In this document: piece by piece, positions 12,075-25,223 of the stretch
Layout: each line of letters begins with the position of its first letter
Numbering within the stretch: the first letter of the stretch is position 1
Source: an uncultured virus (IMG/VR IMGVR_UViG_2061766007_000731)
Taxonomy: Duplodnaviria; Heunggongvirae; Uroviricota; Caudoviricetes
Length of the DNA stretch: 45,612 nucleotides
Strand: one strand, 5' to 3'
IMG/VR virus record: IMGVR_UViG_2061766007_000731
The notes under the pieces: generated by a model
Seen by the model: the letters and a program-made list of their open reading frames with translations, nothing else
The model's database searches: none
Told to the model about the DNA's origin: nothing
Position numbers and translations under genes: made by a program

Positions 12075-12281
12075 TTATTTTTCTTCTTCAGTATTATACT
12101 GAAGTGAATTTAAAAACATATTAGCTAAAAATCCAACAAAATCTAAATTCGTTTTTAGATCGTAATCTTTACTAATTGTAATATTATAATCTAAAAATGA
12201 AGTTTCTTTATCATATATGAAATCTATATTAATTTCTTTATTATTTTCTGGATTTTTAAATGTTACTTGCGCTTTCTCCAT
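12075..12281 (-). CDS. hypothetical protein
   Basis: 68-aa ORF within the operon. Confidence 0.55.
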   Translation of the reverse strand: MEKAQVTFKNPENNKEINIDFIYDKETSFLDYNITISKDYDLKTNLDFVGFLANMFLNSLQYNTEEEK

Positions 12282-12648
12282 CAGCGTATGGTTTAATTAA
12301 TTTGTAAAATAATAACTTATCCATTATTACTACTTCTCCAACAGTAATTATATTTTTTTCTTTAGGTTCTTGTTTAGCTCAAATAATTACAAAAGTTTCT
12401 GGATCAACCGTAGAATCAGATCGAATTTTAAAATAATTTGGTGTAGCTATTGTCTTTTTTATCTGAATATTAACTGGTAATTTATTTTCAGTATCTATTA
12501 TGTCGACTTTATTATCATCCATTCGTTTAGATTCACTCCTAGATGTTACTACGCCTTTATATCCTAATTCTCTTAATTCTTTTGCAATTTTTGTTTCAAA
12601 CGTATGCCCTCTTCTACGATTATAAGCTCCTGTTCTCTTTTTTATCAA
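12256..12648 (-). CDS. Holliday junction resolvase-like PD-(D/E)XK protein (TGA=Trp)
   Basis: NRRRGHTFETKIAKEL...VDII...IQIK; TGA at 12379 read through to TAA at 12256. Confidence 0.75.
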
Positions 12649-13666
12649 AATAATATTCTTTAGCTTTTTCGATTAATTTCAAAGTTTTATCCTTACCATA
12701 TAATTTATAAAAATCTGAAATATCTTTAGCGTTATACTTTCTAGGAATAAAAGCTACTTTTAAATCTAAATGAGCTTTATGTATTTTATTTAAACCTTGA
12801 ATTCCAGGTAAATCATTATCATATACACAAATAATGTTATTAAATTTTGTTTTTAACTTATTAAATTGTGTATCAGTCATAAACATATGTTCGGAATTGG
12901 GAGCAATTGCTGGAATTCCTAATTCATAAAGAACTAAACAGTCTTTTAAAGATTTGGTAATAACTAAATATTCTCCACCATTCTTTGGTAATTGATTAGC
13001 TCCCTGTAACATAATAGATTTTCAATTTCCAATAAATTTATATACTCTATTTTGTGGGGTATATATTCTTCATCGTTCGATATCTTGTCTAATTCCACCA
13101 TAATAACCAAAAATTAATTGATTTGGTTTTTCATAATGAAATATATTACCGTTAAGTCATATATTTTTACATGAAAATACATTAAACTTTTTTAAAGTTT
13201 TTTCTGTGATTCCATAGCGAGCCCATCATTTTAATTCATAGTCTTGAAAATCACGAATCTCTACCTTTATTTCTGTTTCTGTGGTTTCTTTAATTTTTGT
13301 ACCAGTGTACTTAATTTGTGGCTTATGTATTTCTAATTTATTTGATTTTATAATACCAAAATCATTAGCAACGATTTTTAATGCTTCATAATAACTAACA
13401 TTAAATAAACTAGCTACATAAAAGAAACAATCTCCACAAAAATCTGATCCAAAATCTTTCATCAAAAGAACTCCATTTTTTGATCGATACAATGCTACTG
13501 TTGGATGTTTATCGTTTCTTAATTTAGAACAAAAGAGCCCCTTTTTAATAGGGACTCCGTAATGTTCAAATATTGTTTCTTCTGATACTTTTGCAAGTAT
13601 ATCTTCTTTACTTATATGAACATATGTATCAATTTTCTGTATACCTGAAAAGTTTAGGTTTATCAC
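12620..13666 (-). CDS. DNA primase (Zn-binding-like + Toprim; TGA=Trp)
   Basis: FCSKLRNDKHPT, KDFG..GDCF, ITKSLKD, YDNDLPG, AKDISD; 349 codons in one frame with several TGA. Confidence 0.88.
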
Positions 13667-13676
13667 AATTTATATT

Positions 13677-14261
13677 TTAAAATGGTAGATCTGAATCATC
13701 ATCACTATCTAAATCATCTTTCATATCTTGTACAATGGTATTATTAGCCATATTTGTAGGACGAGCGTTCATTGCAGTGTCAATTTTCTTCTTTTCGAAA
13801 TCATTAAGTGTAAGATCGTGACCAATAACCCAAGTACCAATTGCTAATTCACCATTTTTCGTAATTTTAGCAATAAATGTTGGCATTGCCGCATATCCAT
13901 TACTTTGCGGAAGAAGTTTAATTTGTAATTCCTGGCCTTTATATCCAGCAGTTACTTCTATCATAGCAAGAACAATCTGCTTAAAATTTCCATTAAAATT
14001 ACCTTTACCTCGAAGCTTTATTTCACCACTACCAACTTCTTCGAGAAGTTCTGGACTAAGCGCTTGAAGAATTTCCCTAATTAAAATAAGAAAATCGTCT
14101 GCCTGAGATGCATTCTTACCACCTCATGCATTATCTTTTCTTTCATCGGATTTGGGCTCAAAGAATTTCTGAGTATATTCTCCATAACCATCAATGTTAA
14201 ACTTTACAATCATTGCTTGATATAGATTACCATCCTTTCCTTCTTTATTTTCAAAATCTAT
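13677..14261 (-). CDS. probable single-stranded DNA-binding protein (5' part in N gap; TGA=Trp)
   Basis: Acidic C-terminus DDDSDLPF; located between the Sak4-like ATPase and primase; TGA at 14124 read through. Confidence 0.65.
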
Positions 14262-14826
14262 NNNNNNNNNNNNNNNNNNNNNNNNNNNNNNNNNNNNNNN
14301 NNNNNNNNNNNNNNNNNNNNNNNNNNNNNNNNNNNNNNNNNNNNNNNNNNNNNNNNNNNNNNNNNNNNNNNNNNNNNNNNNNNNNNNNNNNNNNNNNNNN
14401 NNNNNNNNNNNNNNNNNNNNNNNNNNNNNNNNNNNNNNNNNNNNNNNNNNNNNNNNNNNNNNNNNNNNNNNNNNNNNNNNNNNNNNNNNNNNNNNNNNNN
14501 NNNNNNNNNNNNNNNNNNNNNNNNNNNNNNNNNNNNNNNNNNNNNNNNNNNNNNNNNNNNNNNNNNNNNNNNNNNNNNNNNNNNNNNNNNNNNNNNNNNN
14601 NNNNNNNNNNNNNNNNNNNNNNNNNNNNNNNNNNNNNNNNNNNNNNNNNNNNNNNNNNNNNNNNNNNNNNNNNNNNNNNNNNNNNNNNNNNNNNNNNNNN
14701 NNNNNNNNNNNNNNNNNNNNNNNNNNNNNNNNNNNNNNNNNNNNNNNNNNNNNNNNNNNNNNNNNNNNNNNNNNNNNNNNNNNNNNNNNNNNNNNNNNNN
14801 NNNNNNNNNNNNNNNNNNNNNNNNNA

Positions 14827-16725
14827 AATTCTAAAGTTCCATTATCTTTCATTTCACCAAGTGTAATAACAGCATTTCTTAAGTGTTCTGGTCTAGCTCC
14901 ACACTCTGTATATTTATCAGAGGTATCAAAACTTAAGATAGTATTTGAATCTTCATCTCTATCTAATAAACCAATTGCATCAGCTTTAGCAGCTAAAATT
15001 CTTCCTAATTTACCTGCCAAGTCTATTTGTTTAATAGTAAGTTCACTTTTATCAATAGCAGCATCTTTACAATGACATACTAAAATTATGTTCTTTGTAC
15101 ATGATTCTATCTTATCTATTACCATTTCTACTGCTGTTCTTAAATGTCCTCACATTTATACCCTCTCTTTCGAGATATTTTAAAGGGATTAGACTATATC
15201 TTTTATTTACTAAATTGATTTTTTATAACACCTGGCTCATATTTTTTGGCAGAATTATAATAAGAATAATCCTCATTTTCATCAAATGTTATATAATATT
15301 TATCATATCTAATACCTGACTTATAACGCTTTAACACATGACTTAACGAATCTTTTTTTAAACCAAGTTGTCTAGTAGCTTCCGATATACTAAAATATTC
15401 TACAACACCATCTTTAGTTCAAACATATACCTTTTTATTTTTTGGATTATTTATTTGTTTTAATCGTATTGTTTCTTTAGATTCTAATTCTCTTTTAAAA
15501 GGTATATACTTATAAGATAAATTTGGATCATAGTCGGATGACTTTATTATTACATATCCCTTAACACTTCTAGAAACATTATTTAATGCAAAACAAATAT
15601 TTGTAGTTTGATCATGTAAATCATTTGCACAATCGGTAATACTATCAAACTCTTTATAAAATTCTCCAGTTTCTCTAACAAAAGCTTTTACTTTTATTTT
15701 GTGCTTATCATGTTTAACCTTTCGTTTTGCTATTGATTCTTTTAATAATATTGGAAATGTAGTATTAGTTCGTTTATTATATCCAAACTGACTATCAATT
15801 GTGTTATATTTTANNNNNNNNNNNNNNNNNNNNNNNNNNNNNNNNNNNNNNNNNNNNNNNNNNNNNNNNNCATCTATTTCAAATGCAGAACTTCCATATT
15901 TTTGAAAAGAACGTTGAAGATGTAAATTGAAATGAATATTTTTACTTAATTCACTATAGTGCTGTGTTAATCTTTCGTGGAGATTAATCGCGCTTCCTAT
16001 ATATCTTTTATGATTTACAGTGTTATAAATACAATAAATTCCACAATTTGTGGATACATTAAAATCAGTAATTTTTTGCATAATTTTTTTGTTTTTATGC
16101 AAATTTAGTAAATAAATCTGGCTTTTCCAAACAATATCCAATCATTATGATATTGTTCGTACTCCTTTACAGGATAGTCGTTGAACCTTTTTCCATCTAG
16201 GAAACTTGGCTGCGGTTATATGATTTCCCAATCCTTAATGTTTTTACAATCTAATAGGCTCTTATCCTATCTGCTAACCACATATGTTACCATTGTGTGC
16301 TGTAATTAAGGCTCTAAGGGGGTTCCCGCAATTAACCAGATATGGGCTGATTAACAACCCGCACCGTTTGGTGCATTAATAATATCTCCTGTATAATTAG
16401 CTCCTGCTGCGGTAGCTTGATACAACTTAAGAGCTAATGGTTTACATACATCTTCTAGCATTGTAATAGTATCTATTGCTATAAACGAATATGGATAATT
16501 AGCAGATTTTAATTGCTTACATAAGTCATTAATATCTTGAATACCTTCAATTTGAACTTTATAAGCGTCTACATAATTAGATCCATTTTCTGTATCTACT
16601 ATTAAGCAATTATTTAAAGCAGCTAACGCTGTTGTTTTACCTCTTTTAGGCTTTGAAAAAATAATTAATCTTTTAGGATCTTGTATTTTTGCGGGTATTT
16701 TTTCTGTAGGTAATACAATTGCCAT
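14827..16725 (-). CDS. Sak4-like/AAA_24 ATPase, 2 exons (16725-16357, 15152-<14827)
   Basis: Walker A SKPKRGKTT, DTENG, IDTIT, PNGAG^*GHLR, ILVCH, DLAGK, ADAIG. Confidence 0.85.
15203..16081 (-). CDS. intron-encoded GIY-YIG homing endonuclease with NUMOD1-like repeats (TGA=Trp)
   Basis: CGIYCIYNTVNHKRYIGSA...FGYN; TGA at 15419 read through. Confidence 0.87.
16100..16131 (-). promoter_or_regulatory. intron-internal Bacteroidota-type promoter
   Basis: TTTG-N20-TAAATTTG about 20 nt upstream of the ATG at 16081. Confidence 0.7.
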
Positions 16726-19004
16726 TAAAATTTATAAATTATTTCTTTTTTCGGTTCTACAACCTCATCTTTTGTTTCTTCTTTACTAAATTTTTCGTCT
16801 TTTCATGATTGATATTTAGAATAGTCTATATTATCTGGATTTGGTAATTCTTCAAATGTACCATTTGAACCCATAAAACCACAAACAATTGCTTTATGTG
16901 CACTACCAAATCTTGATTTTAGAATTAATAATCCTCTAATAGCACTACCTAATCCATCATCACCAATAACTTGATAACCTCTATATGTTTTAAGCTTATA
17001 ATCTAATGGATTATAAACAGCTATACATATATTACACAATTTTGTTATCATAAGAGCTCTTTATCTCTTATATCTACATATTACTATGTAGTTCAGACTA
17101 TATTTTCGTCCTATATGGCGTTCCCCCGTCTTCGTGGTAGATTTTATAGCCTCGTCTTTACGTTAGGCATCACTACTAGTCGTTTAGCTTTTATAATTAT
17201 TTCTAATTAATTTAGCACAGGATTGTCCATTTCAGGAGTTTCCCTGTTTAGCGGAGTTTTACAACGACCGTTATGTAATTTATACAAACAATCTGGATGT
17301 ATATAAGGTTCAATAATACTATTAAACTTTTCTACATATTTACTTGGTATATAAGTAACTCCAGATTTTAGNNNNNNNNNNNNNNNNNNNNNNNNNNNNN
17401 NNNNNNNNNNACTTGCAATTTGTTCTCAATCTTCTAAAGAATAACAATTTGTAGATATTAAATACCCACTTTTACTTTTAAAACCATCATCTTGAAACCA
17501 TATAGCTAAACCCAAATCATTAACCTTAGATAATATTTCGGGATTTNNNNNNNNNNNNNNNNNNNNNNNNNNNNNNNNNNNNNNNNNNNNNNNNNNNNNN
17601 NNNNNNNNNNNNNNNNNAAAGAATTTGTAAAACTTTTAATCGTAATACCATAATAAGTTTTATTTGTTCTTTTATCAAATTGACTAGAATAAATAGGTTT
17701 AAAACACAAATTTTTAAGTTTATTATATTTTCATAAACAATACTTTTCTTGTACTAACGAATGTTTAAATATAAACATAGCATTTTTACAATCATTTGGT
17801 ATATATAAACACGAATCTCCTAACAAACCTCCCAAAAATATTTGAAGTTGTTCGTCAGTAAATTGTAGTTTTTTTTGTGTATTACATTTAAGTCCTAATT
17901 TTTTTCGTATATCACAAATTCTTTTTTGTGGTATATTAAAAATTTCACTTAACTGTTTATCATTTAAACCTTTATTATACTCAATAATAAATTCATTTAC
18001 ATTAATTTGTCACTTTAAAGGTCTTTTTAAAGTTATTTTATATTCTTTACATCTTTTGTATAAAACTCCGTACGTAACATTAAGTTTTTTACAAATTTCT
18101 TCATAATTTTCACAATTNNNNNNNNNNNNNNNNNNNNNNNNNNNNNNNNNNNNNNNNNNNNNNNNNNNNNNNNNNNNNNNNNNNNNNNNNNNNNNNNNNN
18201 AAAAATTACTTGTGTTTATAGATCGTTTCCAGGATTACCAGATTCCTTAACTTCATCAAGAGTAGGTTCTGACATATCCATTTTTAATCTATCTGATGTG
18301 CCAGCTGTTCTATTTTCTTGAAGTAAGAAATCTACAGATATTCCACAAACTTCTCTAAACCTCACTAGATAACTTGAAGCTAGATCAATTTCTTCTTTTT
18401 TAGTACGACCTTTTGTTGGTTGAAAAAGACCACCATGATCAATAATAACATTAATTATTAACGATGGATCTTTTGGTTTATATATTTTTCGTTTTCCATC
18501 AGACGAATCAACAAAACTCCCATGCTCTTCGAGAAATTCCATAATTTTAGCATATAGAAAATCTGCATTCATTCGTTGATCATAAATAATAATCTTTTTA
18601 CTTACTTCGTCTAATCAATTTTTGGCCTCTAATACTTTTAAATATATAACATCTGGTAAAGGTTCTCTAATAGAAAATATATCCATAAATGAAACATCTA
18701 AATGATATGTTTCTCACAAATATAAATTTAAAAGTTTTGCTAATAAAACAGTACCTCTCATTTCCATACTGAAATAAAGATGTACAAAGTTTTTATCAGG
18801 ATAATCTTTTAATGTTCTATATAAAGTATAAGTAGTTAAACTAGTCTTTCCAGAACCACTCTTTCCAAAAATTAATCTATACATACTTTTTTGAAATCCA
18901 CCAGTATATCAATCTATTTTTGGTAATCCTGTTTTTAAACCTATGTTTTCTCCGGATAATCCTTTTTCAATTTCTTTATATAAGTCGTTAACAACAGTAT
19001 TCAT
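16725..19004 (-). CDS. dnaB: DnaB-like replicative helicase, 2 exons (19004-18222, 17036-16725; TGA=Trp)
   Basis: KTGLPKID*, Walker A GKSGSGKTS, FSMEM, IIDH, QENR, KESGNPGND^CNICI, LKSRFG. Confidence 0.9.
17037..18221 (-). mobile_element. group I intron in dnaB with the endonuclease ORF in the P1 loop
   Basis: Guide GGTCGTT (about 17263-17269) is complementary to AACGAT/C at the 5' junction; core AAACAGGGAA, AATCCTGTGCT, AACGACTAG, AAATATAGTCT; terminal G at 17037. Confidence 0.87.
17207..18117 (-). CDS. intron-encoded LAGLIDADG endonuclease (start in N gap; TGA=Trp)
   Basis: IFLGGLLGDS and LGLAIWFQDDG motifs, ISTNCYS, PYIHPDCLYKL. Confidence 0.83.
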
Positions 19005-19582
19005 TATCCGTTTTCATATATATCATAAGATTGAGCAATGGGGGCAATATCTGGATTATCGCGTAATTCTTTTAGAGCGTTTCATTGATTTGAAATTACA
19101 AAAGATAATAAACCAAATGTAATAAAGTTATTATCTTTAGCTCATTGTAAGATATCCATTACTTCTCTATGTTTTTCTGGATTATGACTTATTTGAGTAG
19201 AATAAAAGAAGAAAAATTCATCTAAAGAAGAAAATCTTTTAGAGATATCTTTTAAAGGAGCATATTTTCCTTGAATTAATAAAAATGGAGGATAAGCGTC
19301 AAATAATTCTTGTCCCATTTTTAATGAATTCTTAGTTCAAGATTTAATAAAGTTTTTATTAAATTCTATTTCATTTGGATTTCAAGCATCCGCATTATAA
19401 TTTTTATGTATAATGTTTTTATCTTTTAAAGATTCAAATAAAGATCTTAATCGTATAGAACCACCATTATTAAATCATTGATTAAAATATTCTATATGTC
19501 CACCTNNNNNNNNNNNNNNNNNNNNCTCATCTGCTGTAATATCATAAGTTGTCATTAAGTTTAAAATAGTTTTAATTTCCAA
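19004..19582 (-). CDS. hypothetical replication-module protein (TGA=Trp)
   Basis: 193-codon frame open only with TGA readthrough (5 TGA); ELFDAYP motif; lies between the two helicases. Confidence 0.65.
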
Positions 19583-19618
19583 AATTAAATAAATTTTACA
19601 ATCTATTTAACTACATAG

Positions 19619-20824
19619 TTAAAATCTAAATTTATAATCTGGAATAAATTCTTGTTTTCTAGTTTCAATTTCTTTTCCAGCAAGTATTTGATCTAATTGA
19701 TCTTCGTTAATTACAGTTACATCTGATGTATTACTATTTGCAAATCATTTTATTTCTTGTGTACCTTTAAGAACTAAAATAAACATTTCTGCAATCTTTC
19801 CTGGTTCGGCACGAATAACTCGTCCTAATTTTTGAATAGATTTAATCTTAGAACTATTCACATTCATAACAATNNNNNNNNNNACTCCTGTATCAAGAGC
19901 TTTTGATGATGCTATTGACCCATGCTCTAAAGAATTAAAATTATCCATTATTTCTTTATTCTGTTTTTTACTTTGTTTTGAATGTAAAATATAATCACAT
20001 CCTATTTTTTCAGCTTCTTTAATGGTACTAGAAAAAGTTATACATTTCTTATTTTTTCTAGCATTAAGAATTTTTTTACAAATTTCTATTTTTTTAGGAT
20101 GTGATGCTATAAATTGTTTTCGACCTTGAACGGCTTTCATTCATGAAGCGCTAATACCAACACATTCTTTTGGAGTTACCCCCATTTGCTTAGCATAAGA
20201 ATTTCTAAATTTTCAATCAGAAAGACATTTTTGACCATTTGTCCAGTTATAACCAAAAAATGCAAAATAACTGTTAAATCTTCTATCAAGTTCTTTATAT
20301 TCGGTTAAATCTACATCTAGTAATACTAAATATTGTTTAACTGGAGCAACTCAACCGTTATTTAATGCTTCTTGCATAGTGATTGTATCACAAACTGGTG
20401 CATATTTTTTAATAATTGTTTCCTTACCATCAAGACGTTCAATTGTCGCAGTAAGACATAAAATCATATCATATTTAACACATGTAAAAATACGTTTAAA
20501 TGTTTCACTAGGCGCTATATGACATTCGTCTATTATTAACAAATCACAAAAACTATTATATGTAATTGTAGTATTAATTATTTCAACAATACAATTTCTT
20601 CCCAATCCATAAGGATTAATATAATCTTCAATCCATTGTTTTTTTAATACTTCTGTAGGAACAACAATTTTAATTACTGCATCAGAATTATGTTTTAATA
20701 ATAATATCATAGCTCTTAAAGCTACTCTAGACTTACCAAATCCAGTAGCAGCTACAACACAAGCTTTTCCACCATTAGCCAATCAATTTTTAACACATAG
20801 TTTCTGTCTTTCCGTTCTGTCCAT
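19619..20824 (-). CDS. superfamily 2 (DExH) helicase (TGA=Trp)
   Basis: ATGFGKS, IIDECH, LTAT.ERLDG, IQKLGRVIR; 402 codons in one frame. Confidence 0.9.
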
Positions 20825-23800
20825 TAGAATAAAGTTTGATTTTGACTCTCTTCAATAGCATAAATTATTTTATAAATTTCATTTGAATATCATAAATAAT
20901 TTATATGCGCATCTTTTGGGGCTATGTTTTGAAATTCGTTAAAAATAGTAACATTGGACGTAGCACATAAGTCTGCATAATCAGATCGTATTCCAGTTTC
21001 TTTATCAACAACACATCTACGTATTTTATATCCATTTGTTGACATATAATACCTATTAATGTGTGTTAATAACTGGCCGTTATACTCAATACTAAATTCC
21101 TTTTTAACTTTTTGATAAGTTAAGAACTTTTTAATATCGTTACAATTATATAATGTTTCTTTGACTGGAATCTTATTTACAAAATATTCTTTTAAACATT
21201 CTGCAATAATTTGTGGAGACATGCCTTTACCTAATTGAACAGTATCGATAAACAAACCTTTTGTTTTAATTAGTTTTGGATCATGTGTTTCTGAATATCC
21301 TTTATAAACGCCGATATAATCATTTACAGCATATTGATAAAACGCTTCAAAATATTCGTGTTCTAATTCAAATCGAGTTATATGCTCTCAATTATGACAT
21401 ATATTCATAATATCATCAATTTTATCTTTTGGCGCCATATATAATACACCATCTGTATTTAATTGACCAATTTTACAACCACTTTTAATTAATTGTTCAG
21501 TTAACATTAAAAGCATTAATTGACAATTTAATCTTAATCGTAAAACTGTTTTAGGATCATAACATCATGAATACTCATTTTGTAGCATGCCTGATATACC
21601 ATTCAATGCTAATTTATATGTTTGGTTAATAACATTATTGCCCTCTCTTTTAGCTTTAATTCTATCAGCTCGTATTCTTTTATAAGTATCAAGAAATTCA
21701 GGCCCTAAATGTTGAGGATATAAACCAAAATTAATTATCGCACTTGGATACATTGCTTAACCAATAAACTTTCGTTTATTGCTGGACTATCTCATCTTTT
21801 AAAAATTTTTTTCATTTATAACCGTATATAGTTGGCTTTTCACCATTACACGCAGCATAAATATTATGTCTTTTTCAATTTGGATTTTCTTTTAATATAT
21901 CATAGACAGAGTCTCAAACTTTAATTAGTTCCTCAGTCTCTTTATTATATTGATAAAAACGATATTCGGTTCGAGAAACACTGACTTTTTTCTTCATATC
22001 TTCTTTCAATTGAGGATTTTCATCTCAGTGTTTATTTCTTATCTCGCACGCTTTTTTTGGAGCTTCGGGATTAATAACTCTTTCTCCAGACTTAAATTCA
22101 GTTTTAAGACGTTTTGACATAATTAATTTTTGTTCATCTGTTCATTTGTTTCCAAAATTTGGATTTTTCTCACCAGTAAATATTTCAGATTTTAACTTTC
22201 TTGTTTCTTCTGATACAATTACACCGGTTGAAGAATCTCTTCTTAAATTATATCCAAAATCTTTATCAGTAGCATTTAGTTCAACTATTCAAAAATCTTC
22301 ACGTTCTCTTAACAATTCTTCATTTAATTCTAATTCTTCAATAACAAAATATTCAAAGTTATAGGCTCCGTATTTNNNNNNNNNNNNNNNNNNNNNNNNN
22401 NNNNNNNNNNNNNNNNNNNCTATTTTCGTTTTTATCTTTATTATTTAGAAGATATTTATGACTAATTATTCTTTGATAAATATCTTTTGACTTACCAACA
22501 TATACTTTTTTATTAATTTTATTAACTATNNNNNNNNNNNNNNNNNNNNNNNNNNNNNNNNNNNNNNNNNNNNNNNNNNNNNNNNNNNNNNNNNNNNNNN
22601 ATATTTTATTTTAAAATTATATGCAAATATACAAAAATTAATGGTTGTATCCAAATATATTTTTAATTTTTAAAAGTTCCCTTTTTAGTCTCTGAGCCTT
22701 CTTCCATACGGAAGNNNNNNNNNNNNNNNNNNNNNNNTTTATATTTTTACCATCGTTTTGATTAGAAACGCCCTATAATATATTTCTATTTATAGTTGGT
22801 AATAAAAGCTCTAAAGACGTTCCCGCAGTTTAAGGAATTTAACGTGCGCCAATGTTACCTAACGCACAATCGCTATCTATAATTACTCATTTATCATCGG
22901 ATTTATAAATTGCAGGCTTATTTTTAGTATGAATACCACCTAAAGAATATGTAATTTCAATATCGTTAAGATAAACTGTAATTTTTCAACGATCTTTTTG
23001 ATCTTTATTACGTTCTTCTTCTAAGTTTAAATGTGTACTAAGAATTTGTTTATGTAATTTTTGTAGTTCTGGAGTTTCAAAATGAATAAAATCAAATATA
23101 ACATCTTTTAAATCTAACTGATTACATGGACTACGAAGATTTTTAATTTCGTCTCAATGTTTTCCAGTATCTTTTAAATAATTATTCTTAATAATTTCAA
23201 CTCCAAGATTAACTCCATCCATATTAAGTACATTAACACCAAATGTTTTATCTACATCTTCTCGTAGCTTAATATCTTTTTCTAGACGAAACATTAACTC
23301 TTTAGTTGATAAAATGTCATTAATATTATAACTAATTACATTATCAAATTCTGATTCTGGTAAATAACTATTAAAATCTCCTTCATATTCACGAACATTA
23401 GAATATTCCATAGTTACTTGTAACTCTTTTAAACCAACCCTTAACTTAGAAGCAAACATCATTGTTAATAAATCTAAATGACTAAATAAATTAGCATATT
23501 TATATTTACTTCATGAAGCTACTTGATCTNNNNNNNNNNNNNNNNNNNNNNNNNNNNNNNNNNNNNNNNNNNTAAACGTTTATTTATTTCTCAAACGGGA
23601 AGTTTTACAAGTTCATCTATATTCAAAATAATATAAGAAATAATAGGAGAATCGTAATGAATAGTATTAAATCCGACAAATATAATATTTTTATTAAGAT
23701 ATAAATTTGCAATATCTAAAATATCATTCTTACGTTGTGATATTTCAAAAACCTTAATATTATTAGAATTAACATTTACTNNNNNNNNNNNNNNNNNNNN

Positions 23801-23851
23801 NGGAAAAATTTCAATATCATGAACAAATGGAGTTTTACCTTTAATAAACAT
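20824..23851 (-). CDS. family B DNA polymerase, 2 exons (23851-22862, 21755-20824; TGA=Trp)
   Basis: ExoI DIEIF, GFNTIHYD, YNIND; motif A DCAS^MYPS; motif B KLALNGISG; motif C NTDG. Confidence 0.93.
21776..22529 (-). CDS. intron-encoded GIY-YIG endonuclease (start in N gap; TGA=Trp)
   Basis: NKINKKVYVGKS...REDF*I...FGYNLR, GEKNPNFG (NUMOD3-like), IYGYK* (NUMOD1-like). Confidence 0.82.
22624..22655 (-). promoter_or_regulatory. intron-internal Bacteroidota-type promoter
   Basis: TTTG-N20-TATATTTG upstream of the endonuclease ORF. Confidence 0.7.
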
Positions 23852-24705
23852 TAATATTCTTTTTCTTTAAGATGTATTCCTTTATATTCTGCAACTCTTT
23901 CAATATTACGTTTTAAGATTTTTCATTTATCAATGTGATAATCTGTATCAGCATCAAGTAAAATTAAAACTTTATCTCTAAATAATCGTAAAGTGGTTNN
24001 NNNNNNNNNNNNNNNNNNNNNNNNNNNNNNNNNTAATTGCATTAAACATCTAAATTCTCCGTATGAAAACCCATTTGGATTAACTCTTAATTTTACATTA
24101 TCCAAAAACAAACGTTCTTTAATAACATCTAATCAAGGTCTTTGCTTATTATTATTATATTCAGTAAGTTCTTTCTTTTCTTCTTCTGTTAATCAAATTC
24201 CTTGTGACACAATAAAATTATCAGATAACATTTTTCGATTAATTACTTCTAACTTATCGAAACATGCTTTCATTAATTGATCTAATGTAACAGTTTCAAA
24301 TTCTTTTGGTACGTTTCCGAATAAAACTGTTACAGAATTATTTCCATTTAGATTATTACTAGATTTTTGAGTTCGTATAAAATCAGCTATTTGTAAACCA
24401 GTTTTAAGCATTTCTACGTCACAGTCATGCAGTATATATCTTAATAATAATTCTGCATTACAATCTGATATAAGAGTTTTTAAATTAAGTTTCATTACTT
24501 CTTTACCAGGTTGAAAACGATTTTTATTATATAACATATCTGTAGTATGAAAATATGCTTTTTGCAATTCTTGCTGATTCATATCCACTAATCGTATATC
24601 TCTACCATCCTTTAATCTTCATATCAATTGCTGAATATCATTATTTTTATCATCAATTGCTGTTTGAAGATTACTTAATTCTGTAATAACCTTTTCATTC
24701 TTCAT
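23851..24705 (-). CDS. hypothetical protein upstream of PolB (TGA=Trp)
   Basis: ORF fragments 24193-24588 and 23923-24111 join into 285 codons on TGA readthrough. Confidence 0.72.
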
Positions 24706-24711
24706 ATTTAT

Positions 24712-25051
24712 CTAAAATTTATAATCTTTATTTATCTCTTCTTTTTGTCTAATAAAATTCATAAAATAATTAGTTGAATAATTATATTGTTTTGTAATTT
24801 GAGACGCTCTCTCAAAATAATTTTCACCAGCCTCAACAAAATCATACTCTAAAAATCCAACATCACCTATTTTTATAATTTCNNNNNNNNNNNNNNNNNN
24901 NNNNNNNNNNNNNNNNNNNNNNNNNNNNNNNNNNNNNTACAGTAATATATTTAAATATACTATTTTCTGGTACATCTAAATTTTGAAAAACATAATTTTT
25001 ATAAATTCCGTCTTGTTTAGCTACTAATTTACTCAAAATCGTGTTTCTCAT
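24712..25051 (-). CDS. hypothetical protein (spans N gap)
   Basis: MRNTILSKLVAKQDG...IGDVGFLEY... Confidence 0.6.
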
Positions 25052-25223
25052 ATAAATTTTTNNNNNNNNNNNNNNNNNNNNNNNNNNNNNNNNNNNNNNN
25101 NNNNNNNNNNNNCTTGTGTAGATATTATATCTAACGTTTTAAATATAATATCGTCATTTTCTTGTCGTGTTTTTTTATTAACGTCTAATTCTATATTATC
25201 TTCTTCTGATTTAAATTTCATTT

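Larger units (their letters stand above)
15153..16356 (-). mobile_element. group I intron in Sak4-like gene
   Basis: P1 GGGUUG/CAGCCC; core AATTGCGGGAA, AACCGCAGCCAAG, TTCAACGACTA, AAGATATAGTCT; terminal G at 15153. Confidence 0.9.
21756..22861 (-). mobile_element. group I intron in PolB motif A
   Basis: P1 GUGCGU/GCGCAC; core AACTGCGGGAA, CTCAGAGACTA, GAGATAGTCC; removal gives the T^CA Ser codon. Confidence 0.92.
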
